Of a stretch of 41,772 nt of DNA, positions 17,721 to 26,493 are shown piece by piece. The notes below the pieces were generated by a model. It was not told the DNA's origin. It searched no databases and saw only the letters and a program-made list of their open reading frames with translations. This DNA comes from Candidatus Margulisiibacteriota bacterium (GTDB lineage: Bacteria; Margulisbacteria; Riflemargulisbacteria; GWF2-35-9; DYQY01), in NCBI GenBank assembly GCA_028706105.1, contig JAQWCF010000003.1, forward strand, positions 1 to 41,772. Direction: 5' to 3'. Numbering within the stretch: position 1 is the stretch's first letter; each line of letters opens with the position of its first letter. Position numbers and translations under genes: made by a program.

Positions 17721-18638
17721 ATGACAGAATTAAAGAATAGATCAGAGTTATTGTTTTTATATGATATTAAAGATTGTAATCCAAATGGTGACCCGATGGA
17801 TGAAAATAAGCCCAGAATTGATGAGGAGACTAGGATTAATATTGTTACTGATGTTAGATTAAAAAGAACTATTAGGGATTATATGTTCAATTATAAAGGA
17901 TACAATGGGAATAACGGAAAAGATATTTTTTGTCGACAGACAGAATCAAAAAAAGAAAAAGGCGGACTAAATGATGGCAAAAGTCGTGCTGGAGATTTTG
18001 GCAAAGATAAAGTAGAAAAAGACAAGCGTATATTAACAGAATGTATTGATGTAAGACTTTTTGGTGGAGTTATCCCTTTAGATAAAGATTCAATAACATA
18101 TACTGGTCCTGTACAATTTAAGATGGGACGGTCTTTGCATCAAGTTGACTTAGTTCATATAAAGGGAACAGGAGCTTTTGCTTCTCAAGAAGGAAAACAT
18201 CAACAGGCATTTAGAGAGGAATATGTTTTGCCTTATTCTTTAATTGCTTTTTATGGTGTTATTAACGAAAATGCAGCAAAACATACGGGGCTTAGCGAAG
18301 AGGACACAGAAGAGTTATTGGAAGCCATGTGGAAAGGAACCAAGAATTTGCTTTCTCGTTCTAAAATGGGTCATAGTCCTAGACTGTTAGTAAGAGTTGT
18401 TTATAAAAAAGATAATTTTTTTATTGGGGAGTTAGATAAGTTGATTCGTTTAGATGCTCAATTATCTGATGAAAAATTACGAGATATTTCAGAAGTCAAA
18501 ATTGATTTGCAAAATTTTTCTGATAAAGTCGTAAAAAATAAAGACAAAATCGAGAAAGTTATTGTTATAAAGGATGATAGATGCGTATTAAGTAACATTG
18601 ATACTATAAAATCCTTAATAGAATACAAGAATTTTTAA
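17721..18638 (+). CDS. cas7: Type I-B Cascade backbone subunit Cas7 (Csh2/Cst2 family)
   Basis: N-terminal LFLYDIKDCNPNGDPMDENKPRID and VRLKRTIRDY motifs characteristic of I-B/I-C Cas7. Confidence 0.9.
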   Translation: MTELKNRSELLFLYDIKDCNPNGDPMDENKPRIDEETRINIVTDVRLKRTIRDYMFNYKGYNGNNGKDIFCRQTESKKEKGGLNDGKSRAGDFGKDKVEKDKRILTECIDVRLFGGVIPLDKDSITYTGPVQFKMGRSLHQVDLVHIKGTGAFASQEGKHQQAFREEYVLPYSLIAFYGVINENAAKHTGLSEEDTEELLEAMWKGTKNLLSRSKMGHSPRLLVRVVYKKDNFFIGELDKLIRLDAQLSDEKLRDISEVKIDLQNFSDKVVKNKDKIEKVIVIKDDRCVLSNIDTIKSLIEYKNF

Positions 18639-18649
18639 AAGGAGTTAAT

Positions 18650-19354
18650 GTGAATAATATTTTAATTTTTGATATTTGGGCTGATTATGCTCATATTAAA
18701 AAGATATTTACAACAATGTCACCTTTATCTTTTCCTTTTCCAGGTAGGACAGCGATTCAAGGTATTATTGGTGCAATTATTGGGGTGGATAAGAGTTTGA
18801 ATCCAGAAAAGTTTATTGATGAGGATGTTTTGATTGGGTTAAGTTTATTATCTTCGATAAAAAAGGTTGTTATTCCTCATAATAATCTTAAGGTAACGTC
18901 CAAAATACATTTTAGTCACTATGAAGATCATAAACCTCAAAATGTAGAGTTTATTAAAGATCCTAAGTATAGAATCTATTTTGCTTGTAAGGATAAAAAC
19001 GTGTATGAGGAGTTAAAAGTAAAACTAGAGAGTCATACATCAGTTTATACAATATCGCTTGGAATATCACAGACATTAGCTAATTATGAATATATTGGGG
19101 AGTATGGTTGTTTACAAAAAACATCGACAAACGAATTTTGTTTAATTAATAGTGTTTGTGATAAATCATCTGTTTTAGACATTGAATTTGGTGAATTAAA
19201 GATATTTACAGTGATTTTGCCAAATAGGATGAAGAATGATCGCGAAGTTATTGAGTATAAGGAGTTTATTTATGAATCAGACGGAAATCCTATAAAGATA
19301 AAAACAAATAAATATTATGAAGTAAGTAATGGTGAAAATATTATATTCTTATAA
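18650..19354 (+). CDS. cas5: Type I-B Cas5
   Basis: GTG start after AAGGAG. N-terminal FDIWADYAHIKK...PFPGRTAIQGIIGAIIG Cas5 signature. Confidence 0.85.
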   Translation: MNNILIFDIWADYAHIKKIFTTMSPLSFPFPGRTAIQGIIGAIIGVDKSLNPEKFIDEDVLIGLSLLSSIKKVVIPHNNLKVTSKIHFSHYEDHKPQNVEFIKDPKYRIYFACKDKNVYEELKVKLESHTSVYTISLGISQTLANYEYIGEYGCLQKTSTNEFCLINSVCDKSSVLDIEFGELKIFTVILPNRMKNDREVIEYKEFIYESDGNPIKIKTNKYYEVSNGENIIFL

Positions 19355-21647
19355 GCTTAGATCTCATCCAGATAAATTATTAAAAGACCATTTGGTGAAT
19401 GTTCATGATATTGGGCTTAAAAAATATAAGCAATCTAGTTTAAATATTATTTCTGAAGATGTATTAAAAGCTATTTTATTGTTTCATGACTTTGGGAAAT
19501 CTACTATTTATTTTCAAGATAAGATACAGGGGAAATCGATCCATAATGAAGTTCTGATGAGGCACAGTGAGGTGTCTGCATTGTTTTGCTTATATTATTT
19601 GTTGCAGAATGGTGCTGATGAACATGACGCTCTTTTAGCGTATTTAGCAATAAAAAAACATCACGGTAGTTTTGAGAATTTAACTGAGATGCTTAGTGTT
19701 TCTGAAGACATAGACGATCGTTTAGAAAGAATTGTTAGTAATATTAATTATGATGAAATTAAGGAAATTTATAATCCATATTTTAATAATTCAATTATTG
19801 ATAAAAAATTATTTGTTGAATGGAATCAGGAATTTAGGTTAAGTAAGTTAAGAAGAAATCTTGAGAAGAAATTAATTGGATATAATCTAGTGTTTTATAA
19901 TAAATTAAACCTGTATTTTTCTTTACTGGTATATGCAGATAAACAAGATTGTATTTTTAATAGAGAATTGTTAGGAGACAACGAAACTTACCTAAATTAT
20001 CTTTGTGTCGATGAATTCAAAAAGAGAGTTTTTAAAGATTCATCAGATATAGACAAGATAAGGGATGATGCTTATAAAGAGGTTGAAAATAATTTAGATG
20101 TTACCACTAGAATTATGTCGATTAATCTTCCTACAGGGATTGGCAAAACGCTTACGGCATTTAATGCTGCGTTGAAATTGCTAAAAATGGATTGTAGTTT
20201 AAAGAAAATTATTTATTGTTTGCCTTTTACCTCTGTAATAGATCAAAATTCCAGTGTTTTTGAAAAAGTATTACAAACAGACGATCCAAGCATTATTACA
20301 ACTCAACATCATTTGACAGAAATTAATACAAAAAAATATGAAAAAAGTAATAGTTACGAGGTAACAGATAATCAAGCAGAGTTTTTGATAGAAACATGGC
20401 ATAGCAACATTATAATAACAACTTTTTACCAATTACTTCATACAATGCTTTCAGGTCTTAACCGGCAACTTAAAAAGTACAATAATCTTGCAAATTCCAT
20501 TATTATTTTGGATGAAGTTCAATCAATTCCAAGAAAGTATTGGGATTTAGTAAGGCGGGTATTTACAGAGACAGCGGATCTATTAAACATGAAGATTATT
20601 CTCGTGACCGCAACAATGCCTTTAATTTTTTCTGAAGATAATAAAGAAATAAAAGAATTAGCCATATCAAAACATAGATTTTTTAAGTCATTGAACCGTA
20701 TAGTCCTTGATGTTTCGAGCATAACAGAAAAAATTAAAATAGAAGATTTTTGTAAAGAAATTATTTCTGAAATTGAGCACTCAGACAAGAGTTACCTGTT
20801 TATTTTAAATACAGTGAATAGTTCTTTGGTTGTGTATAATTTTTTGAAGGATTTTGATTTAAATCCTTTGTACTTATCGTCAAACGTTATCCCAGATGAG
20901 AGGCTAAATAGAATAAATCAAATAAGGCATAATACTAAAAGGCAAATTGTTGTATCAACACAAGTTGTAGAGGCTGGTGTAGATATTGATTTTGATGTTG
21001 TTTATCGAGATATTGCTCCTCTTGATTCTATTTTTCAGGCATGCGGAAGATGTAATAGAAATGGTAAGTTAGAAAAGGGTTATGTGCGTATTGTTGAATT
21101 AGTATCCGATACTGGAAATAGTTATGCAAAATATGTTTATGATTTAGTTTCATTAAATAAAACAAAAGATATTTTAGTAAACAAAAAGCAGATAGAAGAG
21201 AAAGATTTTTTTGAGCTTTCACATGAGTATTATAAAGAGATGAAAAGCATAGCAGAGACCTCAACAAGCTTAGAAATATATAATAGTATGTCTCTATTAA
21301 AGTATACAGATGCTTTTTGTGGTAAGGATGGATTTGAGTTAATAAAGCAAGAATATAAGACGGTACCTGTATTTATTCAGGTTAATTCTGTGTCACAGGA
21401 GTTATTAACTGAATATTATTTATTGTTAAAATGCTTGTCAGCTAATAACAATAGCTTTGAGAACAAGGTGAAAATTAAAAATCATTTTATCAAAATGCAG
21501 AAGTATATGCTAAGCATACCTCTTAGGTATTTGCCTGACTATAAAGATGAAAATTTTATCATTATTAATTCAAGTCAAATCCCTAATCAGTACAACTTGG
21601 AAACTGGTTTTGTTCGTTCACCAAGGATGGAAGATTATTTTATTTAA
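19329..21647 (+). CDS. cas3: Cas3 HD nuclease-helicase fusion
   Basis: N-terminal HD domain (LLFHDFGKST, KKHHG). Helicase motifs PTGIGKT, ILDEVQ, VTATMP and VSTQVVEAGVDIDF. Confidence 0.92.
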   Translation: MVKILYSYKLRSHPDKLLKDHLVNVHDIGLKKYKQSSLNIISEDVLKAILLFHDFGKSTIYFQDKIQGKSIHNEVLMRHSEVSALFCLYYLLQNGADEHDALLAYLAIKKHHGSFENLTEMLSVSEDIDDRLERIVSNINYDEIKEIYNPYFNNSIIDKKLFVEWNQEFRLSKLRRNLEKKLIGYNLVFYNKLNLYFSLLVYADKQDCIFNRELLGDNETYLNYLCVDEFKKRVFKDSSDIDKIRDDAYKEVENNLDVTTRIMSINLPTGIGKTLTAFNAALKLLKMDCSLKKIIYCLPFTSVIDQNSSVFEKVLQTDDPSIITTQHHLTEINTKKYEKSNSYEVTDNQAEFLIETWHSNIIITTFYQLLHTMLSGLNRQLKKYNNLANSIIILDEVQSIPRKYWDLVRRVFTETADLLNMKIILVTATMPLIFSEDNKEIKELAISKHRFFKSLNRIVLDVSSITEKIKIEDFCKEIISEIEHSDKSYLFILNTVNSSLVVYNFLKDFDLNPLYLSSNVIPDERLNRINQIRHNTKRQIVVSTQVVEAGVDIDFDVVYRDIAPLDSIFQACGRCNRNGKLEKGYVRIVELVSDTGNSYAKYVYDLVSLNKTKDILVNKKQIEEKDFFELSHEYYKEMKSIAETSTSLEIYNSMSLLKYTDAFCGKDGFELIKQEYKTVPVFIQVNSVSQELLTEYYLLLKCLSANNNSFENKVKIKNHFIKMQKYMLSIPLRYLPDYKDENFIIINSSQIPNQYNLETGFVRSPRMEDYFI

Positions 21648-21674
21648 TAAAACTAAGGTAAGAGGAGTAAATAA

Positions 21675-22223
21675 ATGAATAAAGGTAAAATTTATATTTT
21701 TAAGATTTCTTTAAAAAACAGTGACCCGTTAATTTGGAGGCGAGTGAAAGTGCCCAGTTATTTTACGTTAGGTGATTTTCATGAGGTTATTCAAATTGTA
21801 ATGCCTTGGGCTGATTGTCATATGCATGTCTTTAAGGTTAAAGGAAAAACATATACTAATTTAGAATATGAGTCAATGGAGAATGATCTTGATGAGGATT
21901 TATTTGAGCTGGTTGATATCTTGAAAGAAGGTGATACCTTTGACTATATTTATGATTTTGGCGATGGATGGAGACACAATGTTAAGGTTGAAGAATTAGT
22001 ATCCCCAGAGAAGAAGGAAATTTACCCAATATGTGTAGAAGGAGAATTTGCAGCACCACAGGAAAACAGTGGAGGACTACATAGCTATTACGAAAAACTT
22101 GAGATTTTAAAAAACAAAAATCATCCTGAATATGAAGAAATTTCAAGTTGGTGTGAAGCAGGACTTGATCCTGAATTTTTTGACTTGCAAGACGCTAATG
22201 ACGTCTTAGATAGTTACAAATAA
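21675..22223 (+). CDS. MM3350-like / plasmid pRiA4b ORF-3-like (PF07929-type) protein embedded in the cas operon
   Basis: Motifs PLIWRRVKVPSYFTLGDFHEVIQIVMPWADCHMHVF, FDYIYDFGDGWRHNVKVEE and CVEGEFAAPQENSGGLHSYYE match my recollection of this family. AGAGGAG RBS. The stop abuts the cas1 ATG. Confidence 0.8.
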   Translation: MNKGKIYIFKISLKNSDPLIWRRVKVPSYFTLGDFHEVIQIVMPWADCHMHVFKVKGKTYTNLEYESMENDLDEDLFELVDILKEGDTFDYIYDFGDGWRHNVKVEELVSPEKKEIYPICVEGEFAAPQENSGGLHSYYEKLEILKNKNHPEYEEISSWCEAGLDPEFFDLQDANDVLDSYK

Positions 22224-23195
22224 ATGGAGCTTACAATTACTACATATGGTTCATATTTACATGTGAAAGATGGTTGTTTTGAAGTCAAAGTAGATGAGAC
22301 AAAAGCTCAATTTTCAGTAAAAAAAATATCTTCTATTCACATAGCTACAAAAGCTTCTTTGTCTACAGACGCGATAAAACTTGCGTTAGACAATAATATA
22401 GATATTGTTTTTCTTGATGACTATAAAGGAGCATATGCTAGAGTTTGGTTTCCGAAAATAGGCTCAACAGTCAAAATCAGAAGAAGACAATTGGAAATAA
22501 GTGATAAGAAAGAAGGTTTCGATTTATCAAAAGAGTGGATGTTAATAAAAATTGATAATCAAGTGTCTTTTTTGAGGGAACTAGGTTATAAGAGACCTGC
22601 AAAGGAGTTATATTTCAAAGACAGTATTGCGTATATTTTGGAGTTACGTAAAAGCATAGATTTGTTGATTTTTGATGAGAACATTATACCTTCAATAATG
22701 GGATATGAGGGAAACATCAGTAAGAAGTATTTTGAGGTTCTAAGTATGATTATGCCTAAAGGATTCGAGTTCAATGGTAGAAGCAGACAGCCTGCATTGG
22801 ATAAATTTAATTGTATGCTTAATTATAGTTATAGTGTTATTTATTCTATGGTGGAGAAAGCATGTATCATTGCTGGACTTGATCCTTATATAGGATTTGT
22901 TCATGCAGATAATTATAACAAAAAGTCATTAGTATTTGATATTATTGAGTTGTTTAGGGTATATGCAGACATTCCTGTGACTCATTTATGTACTTGCAAA
23001 AGAATGAATGTGGATTGTTTTGAGCAATTAGATGGAGGAGGCGTGATTTTAAATAAGCAAGGGAAAAAAGAATTGCTGGTGCAGTTTTATAATCATCTTG
23101 ATGAAAAAATTAGACATCGGAATAGACAGGTCTCTAGGAAAACAGCTATTCAGCTGGAATGTCACCATGTCGCTCAGACAATATTAAATGGATGA
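22224..23195 (+). CDS. cas1: CRISPR integrase Cas1
   Basis: 323 aa. Cas1 N-terminal beta domain (YGSYLHVKDGCFEV) and C-terminal helical catalytic domain (GFVHADNYNKKSLVFDIIELFR). Confidence 0.92.
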   Translation: MELTITTYGSYLHVKDGCFEVKVDETKAQFSVKKISSIHIATKASLSTDAIKLALDNNIDIVFLDDYKGAYARVWFPKIGSTVKIRRRQLEISDKKEGFDLSKEWMLIKIDNQVSFLRELGYKRPAKELYFKDSIAYILELRKSIDLLIFDENIIPSIMGYEGNISKKYFEVLSMIMPKGFEFNGRSRQPALDKFNCMLNYSYSVIYSMVEKACIIAGLDPYIGFVHADNYNKKSLVFDIIELFRVYADIPVTHLCTCKRMNVDCFEQLDGGGVILNKQGKKELLVQFYNHLDEKIRHRNRQVSRKTAIQLECHHVAQTILNG

Positions 23196-23496
23196 GCATA
23201 CAATTATGTTGACTTGGTTTATTTATGATGTTACCTCGAATAAAGTTAGAAATAAGATAATTAAGGATGCCAAGGGTTACGGTTTTTATCGAGTGCAGAA
23301 ATCTGTTTTTTTAGGCGAAGCAGACAAATCAGACGTTGACGCCTTAAAAGAGTATTGTTCGGAAATAATTGATCATTCAACTGACTCTGTTTATGTTTTT
23401 CCAGTTTGTGAAGAGTGTTTTTCAAAAGCAAGATTTGTAGGTCAGGCTTTTAATAAAGAATTAGTTTGTGATGAATTAAAAAGTTTTATCATATGA
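23188..23496 (+). CDS. cas2: Cas2
   Basis: MLTWFIYDVTSNKVRNKI...RVQKSVFLGE ferredoxin-like Cas2 pattern. The true start may be the ATG at 23206. Overlaps the cas1 stop. Confidence 0.88.
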   Translation: MDEHTIMLTWFIYDVTSNKVRNKIIKDAKGYGFYRVQKSVFLGEADKSDVDALKEYCSEIIDHSTDSVYVFPVCEECFSKARFVGQAFNKELVCDELKSFII

Positions 23497-24080
23497 ATTC
23501 AGTTACCATAACACCCTCAGATGTTTTAGAATATAATTTTTGTCCAAGGTTTATATATTATATGTATTGTCTAGGTATTTCTCAACACGAAGGCGAAAGG
23601 TATAAGGTTGTCAAAGGAAGAGAAGTCCATGATTACAAAAGCACAGTTAATAAAGGATATTTACGGAAAAAGTTAGAGGTAATAGATAAAAAGATAAATG
23701 TATACATTAAATCTGAAAAACTAAGGCTAAGAGGTGAGGTGGATGAGATTTTATTTTTAAAAGATGAAACAGCTGTGATTCTTGACTATAAGTATGCAGA
23801 GTACAAAGAAAAACTTTTTACTACTTATAAAACACAAATTGTTCAATATGCTTTACTTGTTCAGGAAAAATATGATGTATTTGTTAATAAAGGTTATATA
23901 TGTTTTACAAGAAGCGATAATTATTTGCATGAGGTTGACATTTTGCTTCAAGATAAACAAAAAGCGCTGGATGTAATTGATGAGATATTTGATATAATAG
24001 TAAATGAAACGTATCCAAAAGCTACGACTAGTAAAGCGAAGTGTCTGGATTGCTGTTATAGAAATATTTGTGTAAAATAA
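23493..24080 (+). CDS. cas4: Cas4 RecB-like exonuclease with Fe-S Cys cluster
   Basis: N-terminal Cys (YNFCPRF) plus C-terminal CLDCCYRNIC. D...DYKY (D-ExK-like) nuclease core. ATGA overlap with cas2. Confidence 0.88.
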   Translation: MNSVTITPSDVLEYNFCPRFIYYMYCLGISQHEGERYKVVKGREVHDYKSTVNKGYLRKKLEVIDKKINVYIKSEKLRLRGEVDEILFLKDETAVILDYKYAEYKEKLFTTYKTQIVQYALLVQEKYDVFVNKGYICFTRSDNYLHEVDILLQDKQKALDVIDEIFDIIVNETYPKATTSKAKCLDCCYRNICVK

Positions 24081-24249
24081 TTTTATTAAGTAAATAATAG
24101 CGATTGTTTGGCTTGCAGATGAATTTTGTTTGCGGAGATTGATAAAAGGTTAAGTGAAATCTACAAAAATCCGTCACAGTTTTTGTTAGATAAGTATCTT
24201 GAAAATTTAATTAAAGCATTATATTTGTTACTAAGTTTGGAGTTATAGG

Positions 24250-25104
24250 ATTTCAGACCACATATCCAATAAAATAAGGATTGAAACAAGACAAAGCAAG
24301 TAAAATTGATACAACGTTATTCAATTTCAGACCACATATCCAATAAAATAAGGATTGAAACATGTTAGTAGAGCGGTTTTTAAATAAACATCATGCAATT
24401 TCAGACCACATATCCAATAAAATAAGGATTGAAACTTCGTTAGGTTCACTGTTTGAGTTTGCCCGCTAAAATATTTCAGACCACATATCCAATAAAATAA
24501 GGATTGAAACCGATTTTATAAACTGTTCCCTTTCACCTGTTGTTGTATTTCAGACCACATATCCAATAAAATAAGGATTGAAACTATGTTCCGATTACCC
24601 AGTTATTCGTCTCCATGTCTATTTCAGACCACATATCCAATAAAATAAGGATTGAAACAGTAAATTTTTAGCGAATTCAACACCCTGCAGAAATAATTTC
24701 AGACCACATATCCAATAAAATAAGGATTGAAACAAATTAATAAATGGGGAGTAACTGTTTACAATGGAATTTCAGACCACATATCCAATAAAATAAGGAT
24801 TGAAACATACTCTATCTCTTCATAAACAATATAAACTCATTCTATTTCAGACCACATATCCAATAAAATAAGGATTGAAACTGTTCGGTAAGTTTTATGG
24901 CTGGCACAGTGTGGCAGATTTCAGACCACATATCCAATAAAATAAGGATTGAAACAATTGCGTATGATGAGATGTTGTAGGATAGCTGATAAATTTCAGA
25001 CCACATATCCAATAAAATAAGGATTGAAACGAGCATGGGACAAAGAAAGTAAACAGATGTTTCCAGATTTCAGACCACATATCCAATAAAATAAGGATTG
25101 AAAC
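24250..25104 (+). CRISPR. CRISPR array: 12 identical 38-nt repeats (ATTTCAGACCACATATCCAATAAAATAAGGATTGAAAC) and 11 unique spacers of 35-37 nt
   Basis: TTTCAG cores start at 24251, 24325, 24399, 24474, 24548, 24622, 24697, 24770, 24845, 24919, 24994 and 25068. The repeat ends in ATTGAAAC (Cas6 5'-handle type). This gives + orientation, with the AT-rich leader at 24081-24249 next to cas4. Confidence 0.97.
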
Positions 25105-25299
25105 CGTCTTAGACCTAGCGGGTTGTATTACAACTTCACTTAATGTAAACTTAACGAATCTAAAAACTATCCACAAAAACAAAGCTTAAATATAAATCAA
25201 CGATGAAACCTTATTAAATAAGAAATTTAAAGAGTTCCCTTTTAGTATAGTCTATAGCTAGTCACACTAACAACAACTCACCCAACGTATATAGAAAAT

Positions 25300-25351
25300 T
25301 GAACGATTGAACAAGTGCTTGTGCTGAGCTTGTCGAAGCAAACGATTGAAC
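25300..25351. repeat. TGAAC units (25300, 25308, 25347), with an 11-nt direct repeat AACGATTGAAC (25302-25312 / 25341-25351) flanking copy B of the TGAGCTTGTCGAA element (core 25325-25337)
   Basis: Read directly from the sequence. Confidence 0.75.
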
Positions 25352-25359
25352 GTTATAAT
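25330..25359 (+). promoter_or_regulatory. Candidate metX promoter TTGTCG-18-TATAAT, placing the TSS at or next to the ATG (possible leaderless mRNA)
   Basis: TATAAT at 25354-25359. The ATG at 25366 is the 7th nt downstream, and no SD lies between them. Confidence 0.35.
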
Positions 25360-25365
25360 ACAACC

Positions 25366-26493
25366 ATGTCATTTTCAGAAGAACTAAACATTAAACAAGG
25401 AGTTTTTACTTTCGCTGGTGATAGTAAACTGCCTCTGCAAAGTGGTAGAGAGTTTGGTCCTATTTGTGTGGCTTATGAAACTTATGGTGTTTTAAGTAAA
25501 GACAAATGTAATGCGATTTTGTTATTACATGCTCTTTCTGGTGATGCTCATGTTGCAGGAAAACATAATAAAGAGGACAAGAAAACTGGTTGGTGGGACG
25601 TTATGGTTGGACCAGGTAAGCCCTTTGATACCAATAAGTATTTTGTTATTTGTTCCAATGTTTTGGGTGGGTGTTCTGGAACAACAGGTCCTAGCTCGCT
25701 AGACCCGCTTACCAAAAAACCATATGCGATGACTTTTCCTGTAATAACTATAGAAGATATGGTAAATGTTCAGCATGCTTTAGTTAAGTCGCTTGGAATT
25801 GATTGTTTATACTCAATTTCTGGTGGCTCTATGGGCGGAATGCAGGCGCTAAAATGGGTTCAAATGTATCCAGAAATGATAAAGTCTGTGGTTGCGATAG
25901 CCACTACAACAAAACTTTCACCACAAGCCATAGCTTTTAATGAAGTTGGCAGACAGGCCATAATTTCTGATCCAGCCTGGAACAAAGGTGATTATTATGG
26001 AAAAAAAGAATTACCACGTAAAGGACTCAGTATAGCCAGAATGTTAGGACATATTACTTATCTTTCTGAAGAAGGCATGACTAGGAAATTCGGCAGACAG
26101 TTGAGCAGTTCACAGCAATTTCAATACGAGTTTTTAACAGAATTTCAGGTAGAAAGTTATTTGCATTATCAAGGACAACGTTTCACGGAAAGATTTGATG
26201 CTAACTCGTATATTTATTTAACTAAGGCAATTGATTATTTTGACTTATCTTCAGGTTATAATTCGTTGGAAGAAGCGCTGGCAATGGTAAAAAGTAAATT
26301 TCTTGTTTTGTCGTATTCCTCAGATTGGCTTTTCCCCACATATCAGTCTGAAGAATTAGTTAAAGCTTTAAGGAAAAACAATATTGATGTGTCATTTTGC
26401 GAAATAAATGCTGACTATGGCCATGATTCTTTTTTGTTGCAGAACGATTTACATGAGAAATTAATTCATGGCTTTTTGGAGAATGTAAAATGA
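25366..26493 (+). CDS. metX: Homoserine O-acetyltransferase
   Basis: alpha/beta-hydrolase with GGSMGGMQAL nucleophile elbow, HALSGDAH, and C-terminal YGHDSFL. I prefer the ATG at 25366 over the track GTG at 25315, because the extra N-terminus (LVLSLSKQ) translates a dispersed repeat. Confidence 0.9.
   Translation: MSFSEELNIKQGVFTFAGDSKLPLQSGREFGPICVAYETYGVLSKDKCNAILLLHALSGDAHVAGKHNKEDKKTGWWDVMVGPGKPFDTNKYFVICSNVLGGCSGTTGPSSLDPLTKKPYAMTFPVITIEDMVNVQHALVKSLGIDCLYSISGGSMGGMQALKWVQMYPEMIKSVVAIATTTKLSPQAIAFNEVGRQAIISDPAWNKGDYYGKKELPRKGLSIARMLGHITYLSEEGMTRKFGRQLSSSQQFQYEFLTEFQVESYLHYQGQRFTERFDANSYIYLTKAIDYFDLSSGYNSLEEALAMVKSKFLVLSYSSDWLFPTYQSEELVKALRKNNIDVSFCEINADYGHDSFLLQNDLHEKLIHGFLENVK

Noticed and set aside
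24842-25182. Two minus-strand ORFs (64 and 95 aa) with repetitive SILILLDMWSEI / FQSLFYWICGLK peptides
   Set aside because: They are translations of the CRISPR repeats on the opposite strand. The periodic peptide repeats mirror the 74-nt repeat-spacer period.
25155-25192. Possible degenerate 13th CRISPR repeat after the array
   Set aside because: Only about 20/38 identities, centred on TATCCA and A-runs, and it implies a 50-nt spacer. That is not distinguishable from chance in AT-rich DNA.
25315-25365. GTG-initiated N-terminal extension of metX (MLVLSLSKQTIERYNTT)
   Set aside because: The extension translates the dispersed TGAGCTTGTCGAA element and a TATAAT box. MetX homology begins at the ATG at 25366.
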